28,723 nt of DNA. It comes from Thermoflexia bacterium (GTDB taxonomy: Bacteria; Chloroflexota; Anaerolineae; B4-G1; SLSP01). A program made the position numbers and the translations under genes. The notes under the pieces were generated by a model. That model had not been told where the DNA came from. It searched no databases and was given only the letters and a program-made list of their open reading frames with translations. Location: NCBI GenBank assembly GCA_030605705.1, contig JAUWHU010000344.1, positions 1 through 28,723 of the forward strand, in the 5' to 3' direction. Each line of letters opens with the position of its first letter. The stretch's first letter is position 1. Shown here piece after piece: positions 16,676 to 24,324 of the stretch.

Positions 16676-16966
16676 CAAGAATTTCACCACGGACCGAAGG
16701 TGTGGGCAGGCAGTGCTCATAGACGGAACACGGAGTTTTTTTGAGTTACCGGTTCCTTCTCCGTGGTTATGTCCCTCTTGGTTCCGGTTAGGCGCTTAAC
16801 AATCAAGTCCTGGCACAAAAAACAAGAATTTTACCACGGAGCGTAGTATGGGCAGGCAGTGCCCATTGACACAGAGAGCGCAGAGATTTTCTTCTTTGTT
16901 TTTCTCGGCGTTCTCAGCGTTCTCTGCGGTAAAGACCCCTTTTGGTTCTGGTTTGTCCAGGTTAGG
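16676..16966. repeat. Two tandem copies of a composite hairpin repeat (16676-16792 and 16823-16966)
   Basis: Both copies begin CAAGAATTTYACCACGGA...TGGGCAGGCAGTGCYCAT (16676-16720, 16823-16866). Each has a downstream inverted arm (TCCGTGGT 16760-16767; CTCTGCGGTAAA 16922-16933) and ends with TTGGTTCYGG...TTAGG (16778-16792, 16942-16966). Confidence 0.7.
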
Positions 16967-16991
16967 TATCTGCCTCGAAAATAAACTGTCC

Positions 16992-17043
16992 GTAGTAGCG
17001 ACTGAAGTCGCTGGCGACGCTGAACGACTAAAGTCATTACTAC
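16992..17043. repeat. GTAG-type REP pair
   Basis: GTAGTAGCGACTGAAGTCGCT (16992-17012) and the imperfect inverted copy AACGACTAAAGTCATTACTAC (17023-17043). Each arm is itself palindromic. Confidence 0.7.
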
Positions 17044-17101
17044 AAGTCATTTTCGTCCTTGGTGGTGTGTAAACACTCGTGACAACTTCTCAATAATTCG
17101 A

Positions 17102-17178
17102 GGTAGCTCGGGCCGGTCTGGTGGCTCTCGGTCGGCGTAAGTTTTGGGCAGGATACCCAAATGAGACCGGCCCCTACC
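17102..17178. repeat. GTAG-type REP pair downstream of relA
   Basis: GGTAG-ctc-GGGCCGGTCT (17102-17119) and AGACCGGCCC-CTACC (17164-17178): a 10-bp perfect inverted core with GTAG/CTAC ends. Confidence 0.65.
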
Positions 17179-17237
17179 TGCCAATTGGCACTACTTTAAA
17201 TCGCGGCTACTGAGCCGTATTGATTTAATCACCGTTC

Positions 17238-19397
17238 CTAAATGGTGCGCCGCACGTCAATGACGTTGCGGATCTGCTCGATATTTCTCAGCACATGGTT
17301 CAGCTTGCTTAGACTGGGAACCTCCAGCGTGACGTAGATAGGCACCACGTTATAGCGGTCTCGCTTCCCGGTTTTCAGAGAGGAAATATCAATCCCCTCA
17401 TCGGACATCACGGTGGAGATGTCCGAGTACAGCCGGGAGCGCTTGTAAGCCATGATCACCACCTGGACAGGGAAAGTCGCCTCTCGCCGGCCCCACGCCA
17501 ACTCGATCAGGCGCTCAGGTTCCTCACGCTCCAGGCGCAAGATGTTGGGACAACTGCGCCGGTGGATGGTAACTCCCCTCCCGCGCGTGACGTAGCCGAT
17601 GATCTTCTCCCCCGGCAGCGGGCGACAACAACCAGCGACGCGTGTCAGCAAGTCCCCCGTTCCTTGAACGTTGACGCTGGCCTCGACTGTAGGAGGGGGC
17701 GGGGGTTTTTGTTCCTCGGCATCGGGCAGTTCCGCCTCTTCCTTATCCCGACAGCGCAGCACATCTTCGACGCGGTTCACGATGCGCTCGCCTGTCACCT
17801 CGCCGATCCCCACCGCTACCAGGAAATCGTCACGCCGAGAGTAGCGCTTGGCGAAGAAGTCCGCCACCTCCTCGATAGTAAAAACCAGTCCCAGACGCTT
17901 GAGCTCGCGCTCCACGATCGAGCGGCCCCGGGTGATATTCTCCTCACGGCTCTGCTGGCGGAACCACTGCTTGATCTTCTGGCGGGCGCGAGCAGTCTTC
18001 GCGAATCCCAGCTCAGCATTGAGCCAGTCACGGCTCGGCCCGCCGGTGCGTCCGGTGACGATCTTGACCCGGTCACCGTTTTTCAGCCGGTAGCCCAGCG
18101 CCGTCCAGGTCCCGTTGACCTCCGCTCCACGGCAACGATGTCCAATATCCGTGTGAATCTGGTAGGCAAAATCCACCGGCGTGGCCCCGGCCGGCAAGTC
18201 AATGATCTTACCTTTAGGGGTGAAAACGTAAACGCGGTCATCGAAGATGTCGGAACGCACTTCCTCGAGAAGCAGGCTGCCCTCCTCAGTCTCCTGCAAC
18301 AATTCCCGCACGCCCTGGCGCATCTGGGTGATATACTCCACCATCCGCTCGCTGACCTGGGCGTGTTGTTCCTTGTAGCGCCAGTGGGTCGCCGCCACAC
18401 CAAACTCAGCGATGTGGTTCATCTCTGGAGTGCGGATTTGGATCTCCAGAGGCCTGCCATCCTCGCCAATCACGGCGGTGTGCAGGCTCTGGTAGCCGTT
18501 AGTCTTGGGGTTGGCGATATAATCGTCGAATTCACCCGGCACCGGCGTCCACAGACGGTGCGCCACCCCCAGTACCTGATAACATTGGGGTTCGGTCTCG
18601 ACGATCACCCGCAGGCCCTCAGCGTCGTAAATCTGGGAGAACGGCACATCCTTGCGCCGCATTTTGAGGTAGATGCTGTAGATATGCTTGGGACGTCCTT
18701 TGATCTCTCCCGTCAGGCCCTCCTGGGCCAGCGACTGGTGCAGCAGTTTGATGTGACGAGTCAGCCGCGCTTGCCGCGCCTCCTTACGGGCATCCAACAG
18801 CTGCGCCAGTTCCCCATACATTTCGGGATTCAGAACCCGAAATGCCAGGTCCTCCAGCTCGGCTTTCCAGCGCCAGATGCCCAGGCGATTTGCCAGCGGG
18901 GCGAAGATCTCCGCCGTCTCCCGAGCCATGCGCCGTTGCTCTGCAGAAGGCAAAGTAGCGAGGGTACGCATTTTATAGAGGCGGTCGGCGAGTTTGATGA
19001 AAATGACCCGCACGTCATCCACCGCCATCGCGATGAACACCTTACGCAGGCTCTCCAGCTCCTGGAGATCGCGGGAACGCTCCCCCTCCTGCTGCACACG
19101 CTGTTCGACATCTCCCAGCCTGGCGACTCCCTCCACCAGAGTCGCAACCTCAGCGCCGAACTGCTCACGCAATTGTTCGGGGGTCGCCGGCGCGTCGTGC
19201 AGGAGTCCGGCAGCGATCACCGCCGGTCCGAGGTGTAACTCGGCCAGGAGGTACGCCACGTGGAGTGGTTGCCGGGCGTCCGCCCCCCCGGCAAAATCGT
19301 AGGCGCGGCGAAGCAAGTCGCGGGCTTCGGTCGCCGCGACGCCGTCGGGGAGGTGGGCGAGGATGTCGTCAATGGTGATTTGGGGTGGTTTGGTCAT
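17238..19397 (-). CDS. relA: Long RelA/SpoT homologue, (p)ppGpp synthetase with a degenerate hydrolase domain
   Basis: Synthetase motifs GRPKHIYSIY, IYD, EFDDYIANPKTNGYQSLHT and EIQIRT. TGS (VYVFTPKG...ATPVDFAYQIHT), Zn-finger (GCCRPLPG...GYVTRGRGVTIHRRSC) and ACT domains are present. Confidence 0.95.
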   Translation of the reverse strand: MTKPPQITIDDILAHLPDGVAATEARDLLRRAYDFAGGADARQPLHVAYLLAELHLGPAVIAAGLLHDAPATPEQLREQFGAEVATLVEGVARLGDVEQRVQQEGERSRDLQELESLRKVFIAMAVDDVRVIFIKLADRLYKMRTLATLPSAEQRRMARETAEIFAPLANRLGIWRWKAELEDLAFRVLNPEMYGELAQLLDARKEARQARLTRHIKLLHQSLAQEGLTGEIKGRPKHIYSIYLKMRRKDVPFSQIYDAEGLRVIVETEPQCYQVLGVAHRLWTPVPGEFDDYIANPKTNGYQSLHTAVIGEDGRPLEIQIRTPEMNHIAEFGVAATHWRYKEQHAQVSERMVEYITQMRQGVRELLQETEEGSLLLEEVRSDIFDDRVYVFTPKGKIIDLPAGATPVDFAYQIHTDIGHRCRGAEVNGTWTALGYRLKNGDRVKIVTGRTGGPSRDWLNAELGFAKTARARQKIKQWFRQQSREENITRGRSIVERELKRLGLVFTIEEVADFFAKRYSRRDDFLVAVGIGEVTGERIVNRVEDVLRCRDKEEAELPDAEEQKPPPPPTVEASVNVQGTGDLLTRVAGCCRPLPGEKIIGYVTRGRGVTIHRRSCPNILRLEREEPERLIELAWGRREATFPVQVVIMAYKRSRLYSDISTVMSDEGIDISSLKTGKRDRYNVVPIYVTLEVPSLSKLNHVLRNIEQIRNVIDVRRTI

Positions 19398-19717
19398 GAT
19401 TTCTCAATCACATACCCTCATTGTCATTTTTCTGCCGCGCCATCAGATTCTGGACGAAATGAGTTCAACGCAAATCCTATCGCTTGTGGAAACAGAAAGC
19501 TAAAGTTAAGTTAGTGTCACCCGGTTTTCGCAATTTTCCAGCTGCCGCTTTCGGTGGGACGACAGATCTCTCAGAGCCATCCAAAAAGGGGTGTGGAGGG
19601 GAGGCAAACGTGCGTTCTCAATCCTCTAAAATGGATGCGGGGTGGGAAGTCAAAAACTCGTCCCGAAATTGCGGAAACTAAAATACACCAACGAAGTTAA
19701 AAGACCACTACTCGAAG

Positions 19718-20515
19718 TTAGGCGTAAAGAGCTAATGCACGTTTCAAACCATCATACGTTCCAATGTCTACATAGCAACCATCTTCAAAGGGTAAACCTT
19801 TTACACGCAAACCACGCTCCAGAGCCAGATCAAAAAAACTTCCTAAAACAACCTCGCCTGGATATTCAGCCTCAGTCTCCAGAGTTTCATGCATTAGCTG
19901 CATGAACCGCCCATCCCAGCAAGCAATACCCCACAACCATTCCAGGTTCGTCTTGGCCGGCTTATCAATGTGCCGAATTACATTGTAATGTTCATCAATT
20001 GCAATCATCCCAAACCTGGAAGAATCATGTGTGTGAAACAAGCCTAACGTCAGGTTTGCCTGCCACTCTTGGTGAGCCTGGAGCAGCTTACGGAAAGCAT
20101 CATGAGGTTCTACCACCGTATCGGGCATCCCCATCACAATAGTCTCATCTCCTTGAAGCCAGGGATAGATCAAATTGATGGCAAGGGGCATACCTTGTAA
20201 TCGCTCCTGGAACAGATAGGTAATATGTACACCGTAAACACGCCCATTGCCATAATAGCTCATAATATCGTACTTGCCACGACCAAGGACAAAGAAAAAG
20301 CGACGCACCCCACCAGTGATCATGTTTTCAACAAGATATTGACTAATGACTTTGGGGCGTTTCTCTAACCGGCCGTCAATCTCAATTTGCTGGTATCCAA
20401 CAGGGAACAGCTCTTTCGCATTAGGATAAGGGAATAAGCGATTACCCTGCCCGGCCGCCGGAATCACTCCGACCACCTTGGCTTGATTCTCAGACATAAT
20501 TCGCCTTGGTTTCAA
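19718..20515 (-). CDS. Sugar-phosphate nucleotidyltransferase (NTP_transferase, RmlA-like)
   Basis: GVIPAAGQGNRL...KELFPVG, FQERLQGMPLA, MGMPDT, RFGMI, IDKP and YVDIGTYD. The real start may be ATG 20497. Confidence 0.88.
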   Translation of the reverse strand: MKPRRIMSENQAKVVGVIPAAGQGNRLFPYPNAKELFPVGYQQIEIDGRLEKRPKVISQYLVENMITGGVRRFFFVLGRGKYDIMSYYGNGRVYGVHITYLFQERLQGMPLAINLIYPWLQGDETIVMGMPDTVVEPHDAFRKLLQAHQEWQANLTLGLFHTHDSSRFGMIAIDEHYNVIRHIDKPAKTNLEWLWGIACWDGRFMQLMHETLETEAEYPGEVVLGSFFDLALERGLRVKGLPFEDGCYVDIGTYDGLKRALALYA

Positions 20516-21006
20516 GGATGTAGCTCCACCAATTCACCAACATCCACCACTCTCTGATCACCCACAGAGATCACTAAAGGAGTACCATTTTTTACATCGC
20601 GGGCCATGATAGAATTCACCGGACTCCATAAAATGATAACATATTTACCTGGAGGAACATCCGTAATTACAAAACGACCATACGCATCAGTAACGCTACT
20701 TGGAGCCACAGAAGGATCCAAACCAAAAAGGGGAGTCTCTTCATCCGCTCCAATCGGCGTGCCTAAAAATACCTCGACGCTGGCCATGGGCTTTCCTACC
20801 GTCTCAATAATCACAGAGCCAATGACTATGCCGGTACCGGGCTGCGGAGTCGGCACAAATAGAGGCAACACCACTTCCTCGGTAGGGATAGGGCTCTCTA
20901 ACGGAGAAGTCGAAGGCTGCAGTGGGGATGTCGTGGTATGCTCGCCATTACACCCGGTAAAGATCCAAAGTATCACCACCATCAAGAGCCAATACACACG
21001 TTTCAT
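20512..21006 (-). CDS. Lipoprotein with a Pro/Ser/Thr linker and a carboxypeptidase-regulatory-like beta-sandwich domain
   Basis: GAGGAG RBS before ATG 21006. Signal peptide with lipobox FTGC, linker TTTSPLQPSTSPLESPIPT, domain motif VTDAYGRFVITDVPPGKYVII. Confidence 0.75.
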   Translation of the reverse strand: MKRVYWLLMVVILWIFTGCNGEHTTTSPLQPSTSPLESPIPTEEVVLPLFVPTPQPGTGIVIGSVIIETVGKPMASVEVFLGTPIGADEETPLFGLDPSVAPSSVTDAYGRFVITDVPPGKYVIILWSPVNSIMARDVKNGTPLVISVGDQRVVDVGELVELHP

Positions 21007-21032
21007 CTTGGGTCTCCTCACTATTCACACAA

Positions 21033-21063
21033 TAAGGGCCGCCAGCACCACCAGCGGCCCTTA
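21033..21063 (-). terminator. Hairpin downstream of the four-repeat surface-protein gene (terminator or mRNA-stabilising stem)
   Basis: 10-bp perfect inverted repeat TAAGGGCCGC (21033-21042) / GCGGCCCTTA (21054-21063). The U-tail on the minus strand is weak. Confidence 0.5.
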
Positions 21064-21096
21064 CAATCATCAAAACGTCATTGCATAAAAAATGCC

Positions 21097-22389
21097 TTAG
21101 GGCACAACAATGGCGTTATAGGCTAACAGCCAGTCCTCACTCGCCGTATTGCTGATTTGGTTCTCGTTCACGACACAAACGATATCCTGGCCAGCTGTAA
21201 GCACAGCGGAACCGTTAAACCCATCGCTCAGGCCAGTCGTATTGGGCTGATAGAACAGAGCTGTTCCGTTAGCCGGGACACCGGTAACCTCCTCAGTCGC
21301 ACCATTGGAGTAAGTGATGGTGATGTCCGTGGCTGAAGAGCCGATGTTCTGACAAGTTATGCTGGTGCTGTAGTTGTAGTAACCCTTCAACACGATGGGA
21401 GCATTAGCCATCATCCCACCACCAGCAAAGCCGGAGTAAGAAGCCGCACGATTGGCTGTCCCCTCCTCATTGATGATAGCTATGATTGGCTCACCATCAC
21501 TCTCAATCTTGGCGGAGCCAATCCAGTTGGTCGGCACACCCTCGTTGGGAGTATAGAACAGGGTAGAAGAACCGATAGCGACTGTCTTCGTAACCACCGT
21601 GCCATCAGAATAGCTCACAGCTACCTCAGTACTGGCTGTCCCCAGGTTCTGCACCGTCAGAGCGGTATTGAAGCCGTAGTAGCCGTTCATCAAGACAGGG
21701 GCATAAGCCACAATCGTTCCACTGCCAAAGGGATTATAGGAATAGAGCTGACTGCTGCCCTTCCAGATATCAACGACCGCCGCGACTGCACCAGTCGCCG
21801 AGATCTTGGCACTGTAGATACCATCAGTGGCCAAGTTGCCCTGATCAAAATTAACCGAGGCATAGGCAGGTACAGCCAGCTCGTTAAATGTTTCCACAGG
21901 CGTGCTGTTGCCCGGCTCGAAGATCTCCACCGTGACATCAACGGGATTGGCGGTGGTGTTTTGCACCACAAGGTTCGTGGTGAACCCATAGTAGTTCTTG
22001 TACACACCAGGTGCGTACAATTCATCCCCGACATCACCACTGGCGAAGCCGCTGTATGAAGCAGCACTCGTCACACCAGTCATGTTTGCCACAGCCGCAA
22101 CTTCTTTATCACAGGAAATCACACTCGAATACTGACCATTCGTGATGGAAAGCCCCCCCACATATACAAAGTAGCTGCCGTCTCCAGGAACAGTGAAATC
22201 CGCGCTGGTGTAAGTAGGTGTGCCAGTCGCATCGTACAGGGAGAAGACACACGTGGCATCCACTGCACCCATGTTCTGCACTGTGAACGCGCTATTATAG
22301 GGGCCACCAGGGCCAGGCACCTGCGCGATCACAGGCATAGTCGTCACCAACAAAACGAACAACACCAAACCGACAATTGTTTTCCGCAT
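21097..22389 (-). CDS. Secreted protein with four tandem ~100-aa beta-rich repeats; candidate cell-surface protein
   Basis: AAAGGAGG RBS and Sec-type signal peptide (MRKTIVGLVLFVLLVTTMPVIA). Four repeats start at YNSAFTVQNMG, FTTNLVVQNTT, FNTALTVQNLG and YSTSITCQNIG. Three end with AP...YY[GN]. Confidence 0.85.
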   Translation of the reverse strand: MRKTIVGLVLFVLLVTTMPVIAQVPGPGGPYNSAFTVQNMGAVDATCVFSLYDATGTPTYTSADFTVPGDGSYFVYVGGLSITNGQYSSVISCDKEVAAVANMTGVTSAASYSGFASGDVGDELYAPGVYKNYYGFTTNLVVQNTTANPVDVTVEIFEPGNSTPVETFNELAVPAYASVNFDQGNLATDGIYSAKISATGAVAAVVDIWKGSSQLYSYNPFGSGTIVAYAPVLMNGYYGFNTALTVQNLGTASTEVAVSYSDGTVVTKTVAIGSSTLFYTPNEGVPTNWIGSAKIESDGEPIIAIINEEGTANRAASYSGFAGGGMMANAPIVLKGYYNYSTSITCQNIGSSATDITITYSNGATEEVTGVPANGTALFYQPNTTGLSDGFNGSAVLTAGQDIVCVVNENQISNTASEDWLLAYNAIVVP

Positions 22390-22472
22390 GACTTTCCTCC
22401 TTTGGAACTGATAAGTTTAAACACCTCTATCACTGAAACATTTATATTTTACCCTATCTATACTCCCAGAAC

Positions 22473-22492
22473 AATACTCCCTATGGAGTATT
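22473..22492. terminator. Small perfect hairpin overlapping the stop codon of the flippase-like gene
   Basis: AATACTCC-CTAT-GGAGTATT, an 8-bp stem, followed on the minus strand by an AT-rich gap before the surface-protein RBS. Function uncertain. Confidence 0.3.
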
Positions 22493-23368
22493 CGGCGTTA
22501 GGTGATGCGCCAGCATCCACCCCACCCACCAAAACATCCCGCCCCACATTAAATCTCCCACCGTAAACAAGATTCGCAGCAAAAGAGCGATCACCAGCGC
22601 CCTACCCTCGCCAAGATATGGCCCCAGCAGAAATGTCAATGTCATCTCCCGTATACCCAGGCCAGCAGGGACAAAGATCATCATCATGCTTGCGCCTCCC
22701 CCCAATGCCCAGAGAGGAGTAATATCAAACAAAGAAAGCCCCATCTCTAAAGATCGTGTTAGGAGGTAAAGAATTTCTCCTCCCAGAAGCCAAGCGCCTA
22801 AGTAGACAAAAATCGCTAATAACAACCAGCCAACGGGCATACGAACAAGCAACTGCCATTTCTTAGCCCCAGGGAGCCGGCGCCAAATCAGGGACAGCAA
22901 GGTCAGTAAGATCACACTTGCCAGCAAGACCACGAGGACACCCTCCCATCCCCATTGCCCTAACGCCGCCCAGAAAACGGCAGCGATAAACATTCCTCCC
23001 CATTCAAAAAGGCTGGCAGCCAAGGCTGCCTCTCCGCTACGGCCCTGTTCTCGATATGCTAACGCCCGCCCGGCCATGTACCACGGTAAACCTGGAAGCC
23101 TGCGAGTAAGGTGGGTGGTACAATATACCTGGATATCCCATCCCCCCCAAGGAGAAGCTGATAATTTTGCCGCCAGAACCGTCCAAACCAATGCCTGTGC
23201 CGCCAACGAAACACCATACAAGACTAATCCTATTGCCGCAGGTCCCATAAATTGTCGCCACGCCAGCTCACGCAACTGGGCCGCACTCTTCCACAGAATT
23301 ACTCCCATAAAAACCAGGGAAAACAAAACAGCTCCCCAACCCAACCAGCGGTTCCATTTACGTTGCAC
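22481..23368 (-). CDS. Lysylphosphatidylglycerol-synthase TM-domain / flippase-like membrane protein
   Basis: Multi-TM protein with the typical C-terminal motif IFVPAGLGIREMTLTFLL...ALLLRILFTVGDL. GTG 23368 follows AAGGAG and overlaps the upstream TAG; the longer ORF-track start (23674) runs inside the methyltransferase gene. Confidence 0.8.
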   Translation of the reverse strand: MQRKWNRWLGWGAVLFSLVFMGVILWKSAAQLRELAWRQFMGPAAIGLVLYGVSLAAQALVWTVLAAKLSASPWGGWDIQVYCTTHLTRRLPGLPWYMAGRALAYREQGRSGEAALAASLFEWGGMFIAAVFWAALGQWGWEGVLVVLLASVILLTLLSLIWRRLPGAKKWQLLVRMPVGWLLLAIFVYLGAWLLGGEILYLLTRSLEMGLSLFDITPLWALGGGASMMMIFVPAGLGIREMTLTFLLGPYLGEGRALVIALLLRILFTVGDLMWGGMFWWVGWMLAHHLTPNTP

Positions 23369-24324
23369 TAGTCGCTCTCCTTGCGGACAAAAACTGTAAT
23401 CAACGAAGCCTGATTTAAATGGGTCAGCCCCCAAAACAATGGGGCCATCACTAACCGCATGAACATTGAGGACATCCCCTTTTGAACCCAGCCCTCCCAG
23501 GCGGCCCCACACGCCAGGGCAGGCAGTGCAAACCGCAGCGTCAGCAGAAAAGAGGGATAAGCACCCACCAAACAATCCCAGTGAAACGGTCTCAGACCGA
23601 GGTCCGGCAACCTGCTCTCCAGCACTGCACGAGGGAAATAATACAGATGTCGCGGTAGCTCCCAGCCCATCCAAGAACGACCAAACCAGCGCACACCCAG
23701 TCCTTCGAGATTAGGGATACTGAAGACGAAGAGGCCGCCAGGACGCAAGATCCGCTGCACTACCTGGAGATTGGCTAAGGGGTGATGTAAATGCTCCAAC
23801 ACATTCCACATGGTAACCACGTCAAAGGCAGCATCTGGCAGATCGACTTCGGTCAAGCGGCCCTGGTGAATCGTCAACCCAAAACGGTCCCGGGCATATG
23901 CAATAGCCTTAGCAGATGGTTCTACTCCCTCGACTTCCCAAATGCCTCGTCGCGCCATTTCATGGAGGAAATTCCCTGTTGCACACCCCACATCCAACAA
24001 ATGTCCTCCCCGCTGATAGCGCTCGATAGCCCGCCAGCGCTTCGCCATACCATACCGCCGGTCCCAACGGCGCAAACGTGAAGGTTCATCATCAATGGCC
24101 GCAGAATAGGGTTCGTAAGCAGAAGGGTAATAAAAATCTATGGTTTCAGCCATAGGACGCGGATTCTGGCGCAACAGCCCGCACCGTTTACACCGTACCA
24201 CCGCAAATTCACCGGGTAGACCTAACAAACGATCTGGGCCGCTGAACAAGGGTTGAGCCTCATGGCTACCACAAAAATCACAAGAGACATCCTCAAACAA
24301 CACACCTTCAAGATCGTCCATCAT
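23368..24324 (-). CDS. Class I SAM-dependent methyltransferase with an N-terminal CxxC...CxxC motif
   Basis: CDFC and CKRC pairs; LLDVGCATG, GVEPS, FDVVTMWNVLEHL, LRPGG and PRHLYYF. Confidence 0.9.
   Translation of the reverse strand: MMDDLEGVLFEDVSCDFCGSHEAQPLFSGPDRLLGLPGEFAVVRCKRCGLLRQNPRPMAETIDFYYPSAYEPYSAAIDDEPSRLRRWDRRYGMAKRWRAIERYQRGGHLLDVGCATGNFLHEMARRGIWEVEGVEPSAKAIAYARDRFGLTIHQGRLTEVDLPDAAFDVVTMWNVLEHLHHPLANLQVVQRILRPGGLFVFSIPNLEGLGVRWFGRSWMGWELPRHLYYFPRAVLESRLPDLGLRPFHWDCLVGAYPSFLLTLRFALPALACGAAWEGWVQKGMSSMFMRLVMAPLFWGLTHLNQASLITVFVRKESD

Noticed and set aside
16796-17072. Short ORFs at 16796-17050, 16831-17037 and 16848-17072
   Set aside because: They are translations of the repeat elements (TAENAENAEK, PNLDKPEPK), not credible genes.
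16419-17178. Possible CRISPR array
   Set aside because: The repeats are inverted pairs of several families with irregular spacing, not identical direct repeats with uniform spacers, and there are no cas genes.
17562-19238. 558-aa plus-strand ORF
   Set aside because: It lies entirely antisense to relA, which has clear family motifs, and has no recognisable domain. It is a shadow ORF typical of GC-rich coding DNA.
19484-19905. Short plus-strand ORFs upstream of relA
   Set aside because: No motifs, and one is antisense to the nucleotidyltransferase gene.
19718-20515. Assigning the symbol rmlA
   Set aside because: The sequence is divergent and there are no rmlBCD neighbours, so only the family is supported.
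21097-22389. Seven N-x-S/T sequons as evidence of N-glycosylation
   Set aside because: With about 30 Asn and a high Ser/Thr content, roughly this number is expected by chance.
23369-23674. 102-aa N-terminal extension of the flippase-like ORF
   Set aside because: It overlaps the methyltransferase gene in another frame. GTG 23368 has an RBS and couples to the upstream stop.
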